Positions 23,299 through 31,612 of a stretch of 60,221 nucleotides of DNA are shown here, one piece after another. The DNA comes from Acidobacteriota bacterium (GTDB lineage Bacteria; Acidobacteriota; Thermoanaerobaculia; Gp7-AA8). The notes under the pieces are model-generated. The model was not told where the DNA came from. It worked only from the letters and a program-made list of their open reading frames with translations, and searched no databases. Every line of letters starts with the position of its first letter. Positions within the stretch are counted from its first letter, which is position 1. The position numbers and the translations under genes are program-made. The stretch spans positions 1 to 60,221 of the forward strand of contig JAFATB010000007.1 in assembly GCA_019244185.1 (NCBI GenBank). The letters are read 5' to 3'.

Positions 23299-23979
23299 AT
23301 GCGCGTGCTCGTCGTCGAAGACGATCCGGACATGTCGCGCTTCATCGCGCGCGGATTGTCCGAGGAGGCGTACGCCGTCGACGTGGCGACGACGGGAGAA
23401 GAAGCGCTGGAACGCGCGCTCACCGCGCCGTACGACGCCGTCGTGCTCGACGCGATGATCCCGCCGCCGGACGGCTTCGAAGTCTGCCGGCGGTTGCGGC
23501 AGTCGTCGCTCGACGTCTCGATCCTGATGCTCACCGCGCGCGACGCGCTGCGCGACCGCATCGAAGGACTCGACTCCGGCGCCGACGACTACCTCGTGAA
23601 ACCGTTCGCGTTCGAAGAGCTGCTCGCGCGGCTGCGCGCGCTGCTGCGCAGGCGCGGCACGCGCCAGCTGCCGGTGGTCACGCTCGGCGATCTGCGGATC
23701 GACACGCGCTCGCATTCCGTCACGCGCGGCGGCGAGACGCTCGTGCTAACGACAAAGGAGTACACGCTGCTCGAATACCTCGTTGTCAACGCGGGCCGCG
23801 TGATCGGACGCGAGGAGCTCGCCGAGCACGTCTGGAACGAGGCCTTCGATCCGTTCTCGAATCTCATCGAGGTCTACATCGGCCGGCTGCGGCGGATCGT
23901 CGACCGCGACCGCGATGTGAAGCTGATCCACACCATCCGCGGCGCGGGCTACATCGCCGACGTGCGAGGCGCGGCGTGA
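23299..23979 (+). CDS. OmpR-family response regulator (CusR/CzcR-like)
   Basis: MRVLVVEDD, VVLD, LMLTARD, GADDYLVKPF, winged helix ending IHTIRGAGY. Confidence 0.95.
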   Translation: MRVLVVEDDPDMSRFIARGLSEEAYAVDVATTGEEALERALTAPYDAVVLDAMIPPPDGFEVCRRLRQSSLDVSILMLTARDALRDRIEGLDSGADDYLVKPFAFEELLARLRALLRRRGTRQLPVVTLGDLRIDTRSHSVTRGGETLVLTTKEYTLLEYLVVNAGRVIGREELAEHVWNEAFDPFSNLIEVYIGRLRRIVDRDRDVKLIHTIRGAGYIADVRGAA

Positions 23980-25373
23980 TCGTGCAGTCGATCCGCGGCC
24001 GCCTCACCGCGTGGTACACGCTCGTCCTCGGCATCGTGCTCGTCGCGACCGGCTGGTTCACGTATGCGCTCATCCGCGCGCAGGTGCGGCGCGATACCGA
24101 CGCCGCGCTCGCGTCGACGACGCGTGAGGTGATCCGCGCGCTCGTCGACGAGTCCGCCGAGAACCACGACACGCTCGACGCCGAGCCGGCGAGCGTCGTG
24201 CTCTCGCCGCTACGCGAGAAAACGCGCGCCGTGGCCGTCTTCACGAGCGACGGGCGACTGCTCGCGAGCTCCGACGTTGGCGACGCGCATGTGCTCGATG
24301 TCGCGCATATCGGCCAGCGCGTGCAGCGCGGACGCGCCGGCTACGACACACGTCATCGCGTGCGCGCCTTGCTGACGCCCGCGGTCATCGCCGGCACACG
24401 CGCCACGATCGTCGTCGCGCAGACGCTCACCGTGCAGGACGCGCTGCTCGCCGATCTCCGCCGCGCGATGATGCTCGCCATTCCGCTCGCGCTCCTCGTC
24501 GCTTCCCTCGGCGGCTATCTCCTCGCCCGCAAGAGTCTCGCGCCGGTCGCGGCGATGGGACGCAAGGCCGCCGCGATCGGCGCGTCCGATCTCGCCGAGC
24601 GCATCGACGTCGCCAATCCGCACGACGAGCTCGGCGAGCTCGCCACGACGCTCAACGGCCTCCTCGCGCGGGTCGAGGAAGCGTTCGCGTCGCAGCGCCG
24701 CTTCATGGCCGATGCGTCGCACGAGCTGCGCACGCCCGTCGCGATCCTGCAGGGCGAGATCGACGTCGCGCTCGCGCGCGAGCTGCGCGATCCCGCCGAC
24801 TACCGCGAGTCGCTCGCGATCATGCGCAAGTCCGTGCGCCGTCTCGCGCGCATCGTCGGCGACCTCTTTCTCATCGCCCGCAGCGACGCCGGCGAGTTTC
24901 CCGTGCAGCGGGAGCGCTTCTATCTCGACGAAGTCGTCGCGCAGACCGTGCACTCGTTCCGCACGCTCGCCGCGGAGCGTTCCGTCGTCTTGCGCGAGGA
25001 GCACGAACCCGAGCTGCCGATCGAAGGCGACTCCGATCTCGTGCAGCGCATGCTCGGCAATCTCATCGAGAACGCCATTCGCCACACGCCCGCCGATGCC
25101 ACGGTGTTCGTGCGCACGACGGCGAGCGACGCGCGCTACACGATTGAGGTCTGCAACGACGGCGCGCCGATCCCGCCGGCGATGCACGAGGCGATCTTCG
25201 CGCGTTTCGTGCGCGTCGATGCCGCCCGCGGCGCGTCGCATCCATCGCTCGGCAGCGGCGCCGGCCTCGGGCTGCCGATCGCGCGGTGGATCGCGGAGAC
25301 GCACGGCGGCACGCTGCGGCTCGAACGTTCCGACGCGTCGGGCACGCGCTTCGTCGTCGCGTTGCCGCGCTGA
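23976..25373 (+). CDS. Sensor histidine kinase (heavy-metal-sensor-like, HAMP-HisKA-HATPase)
   Basis: Two TMs, DELGELA, FMADASHELRTP, NLIENAIRH, GAGLGLPIA. Confidence 0.94.
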   Translation: MIVQSIRGRLTAWYTLVLGIVLVATGWFTYALIRAQVRRDTDAALASTTREVIRALVDESAENHDTLDAEPASVVLSPLREKTRAVAVFTSDGRLLASSDVGDAHVLDVAHIGQRVQRGRAGYDTRHRVRALLTPAVIAGTRATIVVAQTLTVQDALLADLRRAMMLAIPLALLVASLGGYLLARKSLAPVAAMGRKAAAIGASDLAERIDVANPHDELGELATTLNGLLARVEEAFASQRRFMADASHELRTPVAILQGEIDVALARELRDPADYRESLAIMRKSVRRLARIVGDLFLIARSDAGEFPVQRERFYLDEVVAQTVHSFRTLAAERSVVLREEHEPELPIEGDSDLVQRMLGNLIENAIRHTPADATVFVRTTASDARYTIEVCNDGAPIPPAMHEAIFARFVRVDAARGASHPSLGSGAGLGLPIARWIAETHGGTLRLERSDASGTRFVVALPR

Positions 25374-25388
25374 CGTATCCTCATCGCG

Positions 25389-26468
25389 ATGTCGCAATCC
25401 GCCGCGTCCGTCCGGCGACCGGATCTCGCGCCGCAGCCGTGGCGGCGGCTCCTCGTCACCTTCGCGCTGGCCCTCGGCCTCGCGCTCCTGCTGCGCGACG
25501 GCTGGACGACCGGCTTCGCTTCGCTGCTGCTGCGCACGATCACCATCGCGCTCGTGGCGCTGCTGATGTTCACCTTCTTCGAGCGCCATCCGCGGCAGCT
25601 GCCGCGATGGATCGCGCGCTGGGTGCTGCAGGTCGTCTCCGTCGGCGTGGCGATGCCGGTGACGACGCTCGCGATCTACGTTCTGTCGACGCCGGCGGGC
25701 GCGCCGCCGTTCTGGGCGGATCGCGAGCGGATGGACGGCTTCATGCTGCTGACGTTTCTCAGCATCCTCGCCGCGCCGTGGACAGCACTCGCCGCGCTGC
25801 TGCGGCAGCGCGAGGCGTTTGCGCGGCATCAGGCGCTCGCGTTCGAGCTGCAGCGCAGCGAGCTCGAACGGCAGGCGCTCGACGCGCGGCTGCATCTGCT
25901 CCAGGCGCAAGTCGCGCCGCATTTCCTCTTCAATACGCTCGCGAACGTGCAGGCGCTCGTCGACGCCGGCTCGCCGCAGGCCGCGCCCGTGCTGCGCAGC
26001 CTCGTCGCGTATCTGCGCGCCGCGGTGCCGCTGCTAGGCGAGCCCGCGCCGGCGGTCGGCCGCGAGATCGAGCTCGTGCGCGCGTACCTCGAGCTGATGC
26101 ACATGCGCATGCCCGACCGTTTGCAGTTCGCGCTGCACGTCGACGACGACGCACTCGCCTTGCGCTGTCCGCCGACGGCGCTCCTGACGCTCGTCGAGAA
26201 CGCCGTGCGCCACGGCATCGATCCGAGCGAGGAAGGCGGCCGCATCGACATCGACGTTGCGCGGCGCGGCGAGCGCTGCGTCATCCGCGTCGACGACAGC
26301 GGCGTTGGCCTCCGCGCGACGACTCGCGGCCTCGGCACCGGACTCACGACCTTGCGCGAGCGGCTCGCGCTAATGTTCGGCGACGACGTGCAACTGAGCG
26401 TGAGCGCGCGCACGCCGCACGGCGTCTCGGCGGAAGTGAGCTTCCCCGCGCGTACGGAGGTGCGTTGA
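25389..26468 (+). CDS. LytS/YehU-type sensor histidine kinase
   Basis: Four TMs; LLQAQVAPHFLFNTL, LVENAVRHG, DSGVG, GTGL. Confidence 0.93.
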   Translation: MSQSAASVRRPDLAPQPWRRLLVTFALALGLALLLRDGWTTGFASLLLRTITIALVALLMFTFFERHPRQLPRWIARWVLQVVSVGVAMPVTTLAIYVLSTPAGAPPFWADRERMDGFMLLTFLSILAAPWTALAALLRQREAFARHQALAFELQRSELERQALDARLHLLQAQVAPHFLFNTLANVQALVDAGSPQAAPVLRSLVAYLRAAVPLLGEPAPAVGREIELVRAYLELMHMRMPDRLQFALHVDDDALALRCPPTALLTLVENAVRHGIDPSEEGGRIDIDVARRGERCVIRVDDSGVGLRATTRGLGTGLTTLRERLALMFGDDVQLSVSARTPHGVSAEVSFPARTEVR

Positions 26469-27262
26469 TGGCGGCGCGTCCGACGGCGCTCATCGCCGAC
26501 GACGAGCCGCTCCTCGTCGATGCGCTCGTCCGCCAGCTCGCGGAGATGTGGCCGGAGCTCGACGTCGTCGCCCAGGCGCGCAACGGACGCGAGGCCATCC
26601 AGCTCTTCGACGAACGGCAACCCGACATCTGCTTTCTCGACGTGCACATGCCGGGACTCTCCGGCGTCGCCGCCGCGAATCACATCGGCCGCCGCGCGCA
26701 TCTCGTCTTCGTCACCGCGTTCGATCACTACGCCGTGCAGGCGTTCGCGCAGGGCGCGCTCGATTACTTGCTGAAGCCGGTCGAGCCCGCGCGGCTCGCG
26801 GAGACGGTCGCGCGGCTCAAGGAGCGCCTGCAAGCGTCGCGTCCGGCGGTGAACACGGAGACGCTGCTGCAGCAGCTCACCGCGCAGCTCGCGGCGGCGC
26901 GGAGCGTACCGTCGACAGCGGCGGCGCACCTGCGCTGGATTCGCGCGCAGACGGGCAACACGCTGCGCCTCATCGCCGTCGATGACGTCGACTTTCTCCG
27001 CTCCGACGAAAAGTACACGCTCGTCGCCTGGCGCGACGGAAGTCAGCCGCGCGAGGCCGTCGTGCGCACGCCGCTGAAGGACCTGCTCGCGCAACTCGAT
27101 CCCGAGCAGTTCGCGCAGGTGCACCGCTCCGTCGTCGTGAACCTGCGCGCCATCGATCACGTGCGCCGCCACGACAACGAGACCGCCGAGATCCACCTCA
27201 AAGGCCGCGACGACGTGTTGCCCGTCAGCCGCAACTACGTGCATCTCTTCCGGCAGATGTGA
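26468..27262 (+). CDS. LytTR-family response regulator
   Basis: ALIADDEP, FLDVHMPG, VTAFDHYA, DYLLKP, FAQVHRS, LPVSR; TGATG coupling to the kinase. Confidence 0.94.
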   Translation: MAARPTALIADDEPLLVDALVRQLAEMWPELDVVAQARNGREAIQLFDERQPDICFLDVHMPGLSGVAAANHIGRRAHLVFVTAFDHYAVQAFAQGALDYLLKPVEPARLAETVARLKERLQASRPAVNTETLLQQLTAQLAAARSVPSTAAAHLRWIRAQTGNTLRLIAVDDVDFLRSDEKYTLVAWRDGSQPREAVVRTPLKDLLAQLDPEQFAQVHRSVVVNLRAIDHVRRHDNETAEIHLKGRDDVLPVSRNYVHLFRQM

Positions 27263-27300
27263 AGCGCCGAAGTATCATCCCGCCCCGAGAGGAGCATCAC

Positions 27301-27843
27301 TTGGCAGGACTGCGAAGGGGCCGCGTTTCACGCCTGGTTTTCTCTTGCATCGTGCTCGCGCTGCTCGGACGTTGCGCGCACAGCACCGCGAGCACCGCTG
27401 TTCCGAGCGCGAAGATCGACGGCTGCCTCGCGGACGCGTCGTGCACGCGGGAAGTGCCGTGTCCGGACGCCGAGGTGCCGATGAAATGCTATGGACCTCT
27501 GCAGGCGCGTTTCTGGTGCTGCTGGATCGATCCGTACCGGCGCACGCAATCCGGCGCGCAAGGCGCAACGGTCATCAGAGTGATCAACGGCGATGCGCAT
27601 GACTCGCTTCGTTCGGCGCAGTTTTCCGCGCGGAGCGGGCGAAAGGAGATCGGCTCGGAGTGCCTCGCGGCAGGCGAATCGCGCGAATGGCAGGCGCCTC
27701 CGCGCGCGGCGCGATCCACGATCCGCGTGCGCGTCTTTGCCGATGCAGCGTGTCGCGGCGAGATGCTGTTCGAAGGCAGCGTCGAGAGCAGCGCCGGCGC
27801 GCTGCTGTGGTTCCACGACGGCCATTTCCGCCTCGACGGCTGA
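27301..27843 (+). CDS. Cys-rich exported hypothetical protein (possible lipoprotein)
   Basis: GAGGAG RBS before TTG at 27301; basic then hydrophobic N-terminus ending LLGRC; many Cys; codon use less typical than neighbours. Confidence 0.5.
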   Translation: MAGLRRGRVSRLVFSCIVLALLGRCAHSTASTAVPSAKIDGCLADASCTREVPCPDAEVPMKCYGPLQARFWCCWIDPYRRTQSGAQGATVIRVINGDAHDSLRSAQFSARSGRKEIGSECLAAGESREWQAPPRAARSTIRVRVFADAACRGEMLFEGSVESSAGALLWFHDGHFRLDG

Positions 27844-27850
27844 CGGCCTC

Positions 27851-29380
27851 TCATCGAAAGTACGCCCGATCCAGCGCGCGGTACTGCACCGCCTCGGCCA
27901 CGTGATGCGACGCGATCGACTCGGCGCCTTCGAGATCGGCGATCGTCCGCGCGACTTTGAGGATGCGGTCGTGCGCACGGGCGGAAAGGCCGAGGCGCTC
28001 GATGGCGGTGATGAGGAGGCGGCGTGAGGGAGCGTCGGACTGGCAGAAGCGGCGGATGTGGCGCGGGTTCATCTCCGCGTTGCAGACCAGCGCGTTGCGG
28101 CGGAAGCGCTCGCGCTGACGCTCGCGCGCCGACTCCACGCGCGCGCGGATCGACGCCGACGACTCGCCCGGCTCCGTCGACGCGATCTCCTCGCCCGCGA
28201 GCGCCGCGACTTCGACCTGCAGGTCGATGCGATCGAGCAGCGGTCCCGAGATCTTCGCGAGATAACGCGAGATCTGCAGCGGCGTGCAGAGACAGTCGCG
28301 GCGCGGATCGTTGAAGTAGCCGCACGGACACGGATTCAGCGCGGCGGCGAGTGTGAAGCGCGACGGGAACGTCACCGTGCGCGCCGCGCGGGCGATCGTC
28401 ACGAGGCCGTCCTCCATCGGCTGGCGCATCACCTCCAGCGTCTCGCGGCGGAACTCCGCGAGCTCGTCGAGAAAGAGCACGCCGTGATGCGCGAGGCTCA
28501 CCTCGCCCGGGCGCACCGGCGCGCCGCCGCCGGCCATCCCCGCCGTCGAGATCGTGTGATGCGGCGCGCGGAACGGGCGTCGCGTGAGCAAACCTCCGCC
28601 CGCGGAAAGCACGCCGGCGACGGAATGGATCTTCGTGGCGACGATGGCCTCGTCGAGCGTGAGACGCGGGAGGATCGTTGCGAGCCGCTTCGCGAGCATC
28701 GTCTTTCCGGCGCCGGGCGGGCCGATCATCATCACGTTGTGGCCGCCCGCGGCCGCGACTTCGAGCGCGCGCTTCGCCTGCGCCTGCCCGCGCACGTCCG
28801 CGAAATCGGCGGCATCCGTCGTATCGACTTCCGGCGCGAACGACTGCGCCGGCGAGAGAGCGTGCTCGCCGCGCAGATGCTGCAGCAGCGCGAGCAGATG
28901 CGGGGCGCCGACGACATTCACGCGCGGCACTGCCGCCGCTTCGTTCGCGTTTGCAGCAGGCACGATCAGCTCGCGGATCGCGTCGTCGTGCGCGAGCGCC
29001 GCCGAGATCGCGAGTGTGCCGCGCAGCGGCGCGAGCGTGCCGTCGAGCGAGAGCTCGCCCGCGAAGATGCGGCCGGACACGTCTTCGTCGCGCAGGAGCT
29101 CGTGCGCGTGCAGCATGCCGATGGCGATCGGCAGATCGAAGCCCGAGCCTTCCTTGCGGACGTCCGCGGGCGAGAGGTTCACCGTCACGTGGCGCGACGG
29201 CAGATGCAGCCCGCAGTTCGCGAGCGCGGAGCGGACGCGCGAGTACGACTCGCGCACCGCGGGGTCGGGCAAGCCGACCAATGTGAATCCCGGCTGTTGC
29301 GATTGCCGGGCATCGACTTCGATGACGATGCGGACGGCGTCGATGCCGAAGGTCGCAGCGCTCCATACTTTCGAGAGCAT
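27851..29380 (-). CDS. comM: YifB/ComM Mg-chelatase-like AAA+ ATPase
   Basis: LVGLPD, NLSPADVRKEGSGFDLPIA, GPPGAGKTM, PFRAPHHT, GEVSLAHHGVLFLDE, NPCPCG, KVARTIADL. Confidence 0.95.
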   Translation of the reverse strand: MLSKVWSAATFGIDAVRIVIEVDARQSQQPGFTLVGLPDPAVRESYSRVRSALANCGLHLPSRHVTVNLSPADVRKEGSGFDLPIAIGMLHAHELLRDEDVSGRIFAGELSLDGTLAPLRGTLAISAALAHDDAIRELIVPAANANEAAAVPRVNVVGAPHLLALLQHLRGEHALSPAQSFAPEVDTTDAADFADVRGQAQAKRALEVAAAGGHNVMMIGPPGAGKTMLAKRLATILPRLTLDEAIVATKIHSVAGVLSAGGGLLTRRPFRAPHHTISTAGMAGGGAPVRPGEVSLAHHGVLFLDELAEFRRETLEVMRQPMEDGLVTIARAARTVTFPSRFTLAAALNPCPCGYFNDPRRDCLCTPLQISRYLAKISGPLLDRIDLQVEVAALAGEEIASTEPGESSASIRARVESARERQRERFRRNALVCNAEMNPRHIRRFCQSDAPSRRLLITAIERLGLSARAHDRILKVARTIADLEGAESIASHHVAEAVQYRALDRAYFR

Positions 29381-29470
29381 GGTGTGCGACCGATGACCAG
29401 AAGTTCGTTCCCCGCCCGCGAGTATCCCTCGGCGTACGACGCATTGCAACGCCGCTCCGTATCAGCCTCG

Positions 29471-30874
29471 ATGCGTACGACGCTCGCGCTGTTCGCGGTC
29501 CTCCTCCTTGCCGCCGGCGCGAGCGCCGCATGCCTCGACAACGGCCACTACACGATGGTCGCCTCGCCGTCGCCGCTCACCGGCACCGACTATCCGTACA
29601 CCGAAGACCTCGCGTCGCGTCCCGACCAGCTGCCGATCGGCGACGGCCTCGTCGTCGCGTACCACGACGATCTGCGCTGGACGAAAGTCCAGAGCGGCTG
29701 CGCCGACTCCGGCGAGCGCAACGTCATCGCGTCGACCGACGTGAACCTCCTGCTGCGCGCGTCGTTCGACCTCGCGTACGCGTCGCGCGACACCGCCGTC
29801 GACGGCACGCGCTACGAGGTGCAGCTGCGGCTCGACGATGCCGTCGTGCTCGACGAAGTGCATCCGCTCGCCGCGCCGTATCCGCGTTCGCAGCGCTTCG
29901 GCACCGTCGTGCGCAACGTCGCCGCCGGCGTGCATCGCTACTCGATGTGGCTCCGTCTCCTCGACGGTCCCGACACGAACCGCGTGACTCTCGGACTGCA
30001 ATGGATCACCGCGCAGGGCGTCCCGCGCATGTATCCGACGCTGCACGCGAGCCGCGATGCGCAACGCGTGACGGAGACGTGGACGCCGCTGACGGACGAG
30101 CTGCCGCTCGCCGCGCTGCAGGCGCTCGATCTCGCATTCGTTTCTTCGATCGACGTTGCACGCGCCGACGATGACGCGAAGCTCGTCGTCGCGTGGTCGG
30201 TCGATCGTCGCCGCATCGACGGACGCGCGCTCACGCTCGCCGCAACCGGCACGCTCTTCGATCAGCGCCCGCGCGTCACGCGCGGCATCCACACGCTGCG
30301 GCTCTGGGCGCGCACGACGCACGGTACGATCGATCTCGCGGACATCCGCGCGAACGCGATCGCCTTCCCGCTCGTGCGCGGCCGCGTCGTGCCGCTCATG
30401 GAAGCGCGCGACGCAACGCCGCTCGAAGTCACGGGACTCGGCGACGCCGTGCAGCCGGAGACGATGGTTCCGATCTGCGGGCGCTGGACGAAGCTCCTCG
30501 ACTTCGACACGCGGCCCTCCGACGGCGACTTCTCCTGGCTGCTGCACGGCTACGTCGAGCTGTCGCGCGCGATCGGCAACGGCTACATCCAGATCGGCAT
30601 TCAGGCCATCCGCAGCCAGGCCGATCCCGACTCGCATGGCAACATCGAGCGCACCGACATGGGCATCCTCCAGGCGCAGGTCGAGCCGGGCGGCACCGGC
30701 GTCTCCTTCTACGGCGACTGCAGCGCGTGGGGCAACAGCGGCGGCACGCACATGTCGCTCTGGATCCGCCTGATCGAAGGCTGCAACGACGCGCCGTTCG
30801 GCGGGACGCTCTCCGTCGGAACGCGCTGGGTGGCGATCAAGCTGTTCCCGTCGTCGAATATCCACATCCCCTGA
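29471..30874 (+). CDS. Secreted hypothetical protein (467 aa) with three beta-rich internal repeats
   Basis: MRTTLALFAVLLLAAGASA signal peptide; repeats GVHRYSMWLR / GIHTLRLWAR / GTHMSLWIR. Confidence 0.8.
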   Translation: MRTTLALFAVLLLAAGASAACLDNGHYTMVASPSPLTGTDYPYTEDLASRPDQLPIGDGLVVAYHDDLRWTKVQSGCADSGERNVIASTDVNLLLRASFDLAYASRDTAVDGTRYEVQLRLDDAVVLDEVHPLAAPYPRSQRFGTVVRNVAAGVHRYSMWLRLLDGPDTNRVTLGLQWITAQGVPRMYPTLHASRDAQRVTETWTPLTDELPLAALQALDLAFVSSIDVARADDDAKLVVAWSVDRRRIDGRALTLAATGTLFDQRPRVTRGIHTLRLWARTTHGTIDLADIRANAIAFPLVRGRVVPLMEARDATPLEVTGLGDAVQPETMVPICGRWTKLLDFDTRPSDGDFSWLLHGYVELSRAIGNGYIQIGIQAIRSQADPDSHGNIERTDMGILQAQVEPGGTGVSFYGDCSAWGNSGGTHMSLWIRLIEGCNDAPFGGTLSVGTRWVAIKLFPSSNIHIP

Positions 30875-30945
30875 CCTCCTTTTGGACGTCCAATAATTCC
30901 ACCCGTCCTTCCGGAACGTGCATCGTCCTTGAATAGACTCACCGC

Positions 30946-31245
30946 ATGCGTATTGCCGTTCCGCACCACACCACGAAAACCGTTGCACGCCAGAAGGTCG
31001 AGCAGCGCCTCGGACAACTCCTCGGACAGTTCGGCGGTCACGCCGACGAGGTGCAGCACGACTGGTCGGGAGACACGCTGCGCTTCAAAGGGAAAGCGCG
31101 CGGACTGTCGGTCGAGGGGACGCTCGAGGTCACCGACTCGGACGTCGTCATCAGCAGCAAGCTGCCGCTCATTGCGATGCCGTTCGAGGGAAAGATCCGC
31201 CAGGCGGTGGAGAAAGAGGCGGAGTCGATGTTTCGGATGGGTTGA
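30946..31245 (+). CDS. Putative polyhydroxyalkanoic acid system family protein (PHA_gran_rgn-like)
   Basis: MRIAVPH..., WSGDTLRF, V.GTLEV.D..V.I..KLP...PF..KI pattern; 99 aa. Confidence 0.75.
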   Translation: MRIAVPHHTTKTVARQKVEQRLGQLLGQFGGHADEVQHDWSGDTLRFKGKARGLSVEGTLEVTDSDVVISSKLPLIAMPFEGKIRQAVEKEAESMFRMG

Positions 31246-31251
31246 AGCCCG

Positions 31252-31306
31252 GCTGGCTGACAGGGTCCCGTGCGGTGCAGGTGAGCCCGAGGCTCTGTCA
31301 ACCAGC
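31252..31306. terminator. Stem-loop between convergent genes
   Basis: GCTGG-C-TGACAGGG ... CTCTGTCA-A-CCAGC imperfect inverted repeat. Confidence 0.4.
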
Positions 31307-31308
31307 GG

Positions 31309-31524
31309 TTAGTCGACGTGAAGAATCTTCTTCAGGGCGTCGACATTCGGATCGACGAAGAGCCGGCCATCGACTTCGACTGCCGGATCGGATCCGAGGT
31401 GATGCGCGTACGTCTTGAACTCTTCCGGGCGCGCGAGCTCGTGCTCGACCCGGAATTGCCTGAGAAACCCCGCCACCAGACTGGTCTTGTGGCGTTTACT
31501 GCCGGGGAAGAACCTTACGGTCAT
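31309..31524 (-). CDS. 71-aa glutaredoxin/thioredoxin-like protein with no cysteines
   Basis: Strong purine-rich RBS (GAAGGGAGGGGAGG); GSDPAVEVDGRLF...DALKKIL resembles the Grx/NrdH cis-Pro region. Confidence 0.7.
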   Translation of the reverse strand: MTVRFFPGSKRHKTSLVAGFLRQFRVEHELARPEEFKTYAHHLGSDPAVEVDGRLFVDPNVDALKKILHVD

Positions 31525-31612
31525 CGCCTCCCCTCCCTTCACTGGTATTCGCGATGCTAGTTCGCAAACGTTAGGCCCGTTTCCGGGCGGTGTCAAATAA
31601 CGTGCACCGAAT

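Noticed and set aside
27851-29380. Mobile element inserted in comM (a common integration hotspot)
   Set aside because: comM is intact, and no integrase, transposase or att-like repeats are visible.
31246-31308. Possible SRP RNA or other ncRNA
   Set aside because: Lacks the SRP CAGG..GRAA..AGCA loop; too short; best explained as a hairpin between convergent genes.
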